Of a stretch of DNA of 64,000 nucleotides, positions 60,786 to 64,000 are shown one piece after another. The stretch is from the NCBI GenBank assembly GCA_002011615.1, contig MTOH01000006.1, forward strand, positions 18,036 to 82,035, in the 5' to 3' direction. Both the position numbers and the translations under genes were made by a program. Source of the DNA: Candidatus Hydrothermus pacificus. Its GTDB lineage: Bacteria; Hydrothermota; Hydrothermia; Hydrothermales; Hydrothermaceae. Numbering within the stretch: the first letter of the stretch is position 1; every line of letters begins with the position of its first letter. The notes beneath the pieces were generated by a model, which saw only the letters and a program-made list of their open reading frames with translations, searched no databases and was not told where the DNA came from.

Positions 60786-60817
60786 ACCTGTATTTTAAAG
60801 ATAAAAAAATGGCTAAA

Positions 60818-61696
60818 TCAATAAAGTTTTTTTATTATCTCCCATACCTTAAAGGGTCTTTCACATCTTAAATGCCCCATCTCATAACATCCCATAAATG
60901 CCCAGAATGAAACCCTGTCTATTTTTTCTTTTTTACAGAATTCATAAAATTTCTTTATGTAGTTTTCTTCTTTCTTTTTTAACTTAAATGCCTGAATCCA
61001 TATCTCAATCTCTTTTTTGTATTTCCCTCTGTAATCTTTTAAAATTGAAATGGCATTTTTACTTTCTCTGTCAAAGTTTTTATTGAATAAAACAGGATAG
61101 GGGTCGGTTCCTATTATGTCAAAATTTTTGCTTTTGAAAAAAATTTCAAGAAAATCCTTTTTTAAAGAGTAAGGGAGAAGGCATATTGAAACCTTTTTAT
61201 TTTCTTTTTTCCATAATTCCGCAATCCATTTTAAAAGTTTAATTCCTGAATCTTTAAGGTTCTTTCCCTTACAGTTTTTGCATAAACACTTTTCATCAAT
61301 TAGTTTTGGTTCATCCATGAAAATTCCGTCAGCACCCGTCTCAATTGAAAACAAACTCCACTCCTTTAATAAATTTCTGAACTTCTTTGAATTGGGACAT
61401 GCCACTGGTTTTCTCTTATTTTTAATGACTATGCACTCTTCGGGATACTCGGATGTAAAAAAAGACGGAGGTTCTCCTCCAAAATACTTTCCCACTCCCC
61501 ATGGGTCAAAAAACACCTCCAGATTTCTTTTTTTTGATTCGTAAATTATCTCCTTTAAATTCTGCCTGTAATACCTCAAATCCTCCTCTGAAAATGTATG
61601 GATTATATAACTGAACTTTGCTCTTTTAATCTCGTCTAAATCTTTTTTAACCCACCTTAAATCTCTTGTTCCAAAATAAGAAATTCCCTTCTTCAA
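60818..61696 (-). CDS. Uncharacterised TIM-barrel, glycoside-hydrolase-like protein
   Basis: GISYFG, DPWGVG, ACPN, DGIFMDEP, CLCKNC, GTDPY, WIQAF; fold assigned by resemblance only. Confidence 0.5.
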   Translation of the reverse strand: MKKGISYFGTRDLRWVKKDLDEIKRAKFSYIIHTFSEEDLRYYRQNLKEIIYESKKRNLEVFFDPWGVGKYFGGEPPSFFTSEYPEECIVIKNKRKPVACPNSKKFRNLLKEWSLFSIETGADGIFMDEPKLIDEKCLCKNCKGKNLKDSGIKLLKWIAELWKKENKKVSICLLPYSLKKDFLEIFFKSKNFDIIGTDPYPVLFNKNFDRESKNAISILKDYRGKYKKEIEIWIQAFKLKKKEENYIKKFYEFCKKEKIDRVSFWAFMGCYEMGHLRCERPFKVWEIIKKLY

Positions 61697-61725
61697 AAGA
61701 AAAACTCCCCCTCCTTTTTGTGTTT

Positions 61726-64000
61726 TTATCTGGCTATAACAAATTTCTGGGAGAATACCCTTTTACCTGCTCTGAGAACAACAAAGTAGTTTCCAGGAGA
61801 AAGTTTTTTACCGTATTTATCTCTTGAAGAAAATACTATTTTATAAAATCCTTTTTTCTGATCACCTCTTACAAGGGTTCTTATTTCTCTTCCTGTGATA
61901 TCAACAAGTTTTACACTCACATTCATGTCTTTTGAAAGGGTATAGGAAAATTTGTATTCACCTGTGGAAGGCAGGTATTTCACAGAGTAAAGTTTTGTCT
62001 GGACTTTTGAATAAGGATAGTATTCTTCCTTTACACCCACTGCTTCTATATTTCCATTGACAACAAGAGCAAAGGGCTGTGGTCCCTGAGGAACATTCTG
62101 ACCGCTTATTGTAATTACATATTGACCTTCAACAGGGTCTGTAAAATTAACAACCTCAATATTATTAAGATCGTCAAAATTGCCTCCTGGTTGAGAGTTG
62201 TAATTACTTATGTTATTTCCACGATAATTGGTTCCATTTGGATCCGTAACCATAAGATTAAGGTCATTTACAAGAACAGGACTGGAACCAGGTGTTCCGG
62301 GATAATCTGACCAGGCAAGGACAAACCTTACAGGGGTTCCTGAATATACATAAACCGTTTCAACATATGTTTCTCCTGTATTAAGCCCTGGTGTTACATC
62401 TCTTGCAAGAAGTCTGTTTACATCTCCTGTGAAATAAAGTGACCTTGAAAGGTTTATTCTTCCCCATCCCTGATTATTGTTGGGCCATGTGTAATCTATA
62501 GGATTGGGATCTCCTGTTCCTGTCATTGAATCAGAACCAGAGACAAGAGTAGCTTTTACAAGAGCTGCTGAGGGGTTCAGAGAATTACCCGGGTCAGGTG
62601 CTCCTGTGGGATACCATCCTTCCCTGTAATACTGTCTTACAAGCAGAACAGCACCTGCACCATGAGGAGTAGCCATTGAAGTGCCCATAAATGGATTTCC
62701 CTGTATTCCACAGGTTGTCCAGTTATCAGCTGAATGTATATAGCCTGCAGTGAGTCTATCATCACCTCCAGGTGCCATAACATTTGGTTCCATCCTTCCG
62801 TCCGCAGCGGGTCCTTCTGAAGAATACCATGCTTTTACTTCCTGATAATTGTTTGGTCCACCTGGTCCACGCAGTCCTCTTGCAGTCGCTCCCATGGTTA
62901 TATCATTCTTGGCATTTGCAGGCTGTCCAACACTCCCATCCTCTGAGTTACCTGCCTGGGAACCATTACCTGCAGCATATAAAATTACATAATCAGGATG
63001 GGTCCATATAAAGTTATCAACATCAGCACATCTCTGGTCATAACTGTTTGTCGCACTTCCCCATGAGTTTGTATGAGCCCTTGCACCTATTGCATAGGAT
63101 GTATCAAAGGCAGAAGTCAACGGATCAGGTGGGGAGACAGCGCCAATTGTGCAATCCCATGTGCTACCGGTCTGTATATCCTGAACATGAAGGCGTGATT
63201 TATAAGCCATTCCTTTATATTGAAGGTTCTGGGAAAGTTCATCTGTTCCACCCACAGCAGTTCCTGCCACATGAGAACCGTGTCCCACATCACAGGAGTC
63301 ATAGAATGTTCCTCCTCCAACAACCTCATATTTGACCCATTTTTTCTGACCATTAACGGTTCCATTGAAAAAGCAGTGAGCAGTATCAATCCCTGTATCC
63401 ATCATTGTAAGAATTTCACCCTCTCCGTGAATTCCCTTTGACCATATAAGTGTATCACCGGATGTAGTATCAGTAAAATTATTTGTCTGGATAACAAATC
63501 TTCCTGCATTGTTAAACAGGAAATATTCAGGAACTTCCTCTATTTCCATAACCTGAGGTATTCTTGCTATATCATCAATATATTGAGGGTCAATTCTGAA
63601 TTTGATTCTGTTATTATACCTTGTTTTACCGTGATACTTTATATCAGCATTAAACTTTTCTCTTATATACTCTGTTATTGCATCATTATCAGCATCCGGG
63701 AAAAGTTCAACCGATAAAAGCATCCAGGGGTCATTTTTTCTTTCAGGAGTATAAAATTCAATCTTTCCTAACATGGGGTGTATTTTGTATGCGGGATGAT
63801 ATATCCCTATCCAGGAAATAAAACCGAGTTCATTAACCTTCCCTACTGTTCTGTCATCCATTTTTACAAGATATGTATAGTGGGGAATATATCCGTAGAT
63901 TTTAACACCGAGATTTTCAAGGGCATCCCTCTGACTTTTGTATATGGGTCCTTTAAACTGCACGATATAGTAATTGCTGTATTCATATTTAAGATTTTCA
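61726..64000 (-). CDS. S8 subtilisin-like serine peptidase with FlgD/T9SS-like C-terminal domain (5' end outside the window)
   Basis: Catalytic triad MDTG, GHGSHVAGT, GTSMATP; AAGNG; P-domain-like VLAWSD...LVNDLNL; tail VDITGREIRTL...PGNYFVVL. The frame is open to the right edge. Confidence 0.93.
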   Translation of the reverse strand, partial: ENLKYEYSNYYIVQFKGPIYKSQRDALENLGVKIYGYIPHYTYLVKMDDRTVGKVNELGFISWIGIYHPAYKIHPMLGKIEFYTPERKNDPWMLLSVELFPDADNDAITEYIREKFNADIKYHGKTRYNNRIKFRIDPQYIDDIARIPQVMEIEEVPEYFLFNNAGRFVIQTNNFTDTTSGDTLIWSKGIHGEGEILTMMDTGIDTAHCFFNGTVNGQKKWVKYEVVGGGTFYDSCDVGHGSHVAGTAVGGTDELSQNLQYKGMAYKSRLHVQDIQTGSTWDCTIGAVSPPDPLTSAFDTSYAIGARAHTNSWGSATNSYDQRCADVDNFIWTHPDYVILYAAGNGSQAGNSEDGSVGQPANAKNDITMGATARGLRGPGGPNNYQEVKAWYSSEGPAADGRMEPNVMAPGGDDRLTAGYIHSADNWTTCGIQGNPFMGTSMATPHGAGAVLLVRQYYREGWYPTGAPDPGNSLNPSAALVKATLVSGSDSMTGTGDPNPIDYTWPNNNQGWGRINLSRSLYFTGDVNRLLARDVTPGLNTGETYVETVYVYSGTPVRFVLAWSDYPGTPGSSPVLVNDLNLMVTDPNGTNYRGNNISNYNSQPGGNFDDLNNIEVVNFTDPVEGQYVITISGQNVPQGPQPFALVVNGNIEAVGVKEEYYPYSKVQTKLYSVKYLPSTGEYKFSYTLSKDMNVSVKLVDITGREIRTLVRGDQKKGFYKIVFSSRDKYGKKLSPGNYFVVLRAGKRVFSQKFVIAR

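Noticed and set aside
57215-64000. Intact integrative element at tRNA-Pro
   Set aside because: No integrase and no distant att duplicate seen within the window; only local fragments.

Overview
AT-rich, very gene-dense bacterial chromosome segment, mostly core genes. It contains rpsP-khpA-rimM-trmD-rplS-rnhB, mreBCD-pbp2-rodA, proS-rimP-nusA-infB-rbfA-truB-ribF-rpsO-pnp, gcvT, plsY, a split transketolase, ispDF, purB, gmk, hslV, uppP, folC and tRNA-Pro(TGG). Five secreted proteins end in a T9SS/FlgD-like C-terminal domain. Together with LptF and outer-membrane barrels, this suggests a diderm FCB-related lineage such as WOR-3 (inference, not verified). I found no transposase, integrase, prophage or CRISPR array. 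The most notable observations are: (1) a sigma54 operon with readable cis-elements, encoding a tandem OB-fold periplasmic protein, an outer-membrane barrel, a sensor kinase, an NtrC-type regulator and a lone HypE; (2) a 5 kb secreted-protein island with 7-, 8- and 9-mer micro-repeats, an upstream ORF and a roughly 1030 aa gene broken by one in-frame TAG; (3) an M16 peptidase broken by one in-frame TAA; (4) repeated leaderless promoter geometry; (5) a tRNA-Pro flanked on both sides by fragments of itself; (6) an MCP with a CX3CH motif; and (7) hslV coupled to a CheW-like gene instead of hslU. All calls come from reading motifs by eye; no searches were run.
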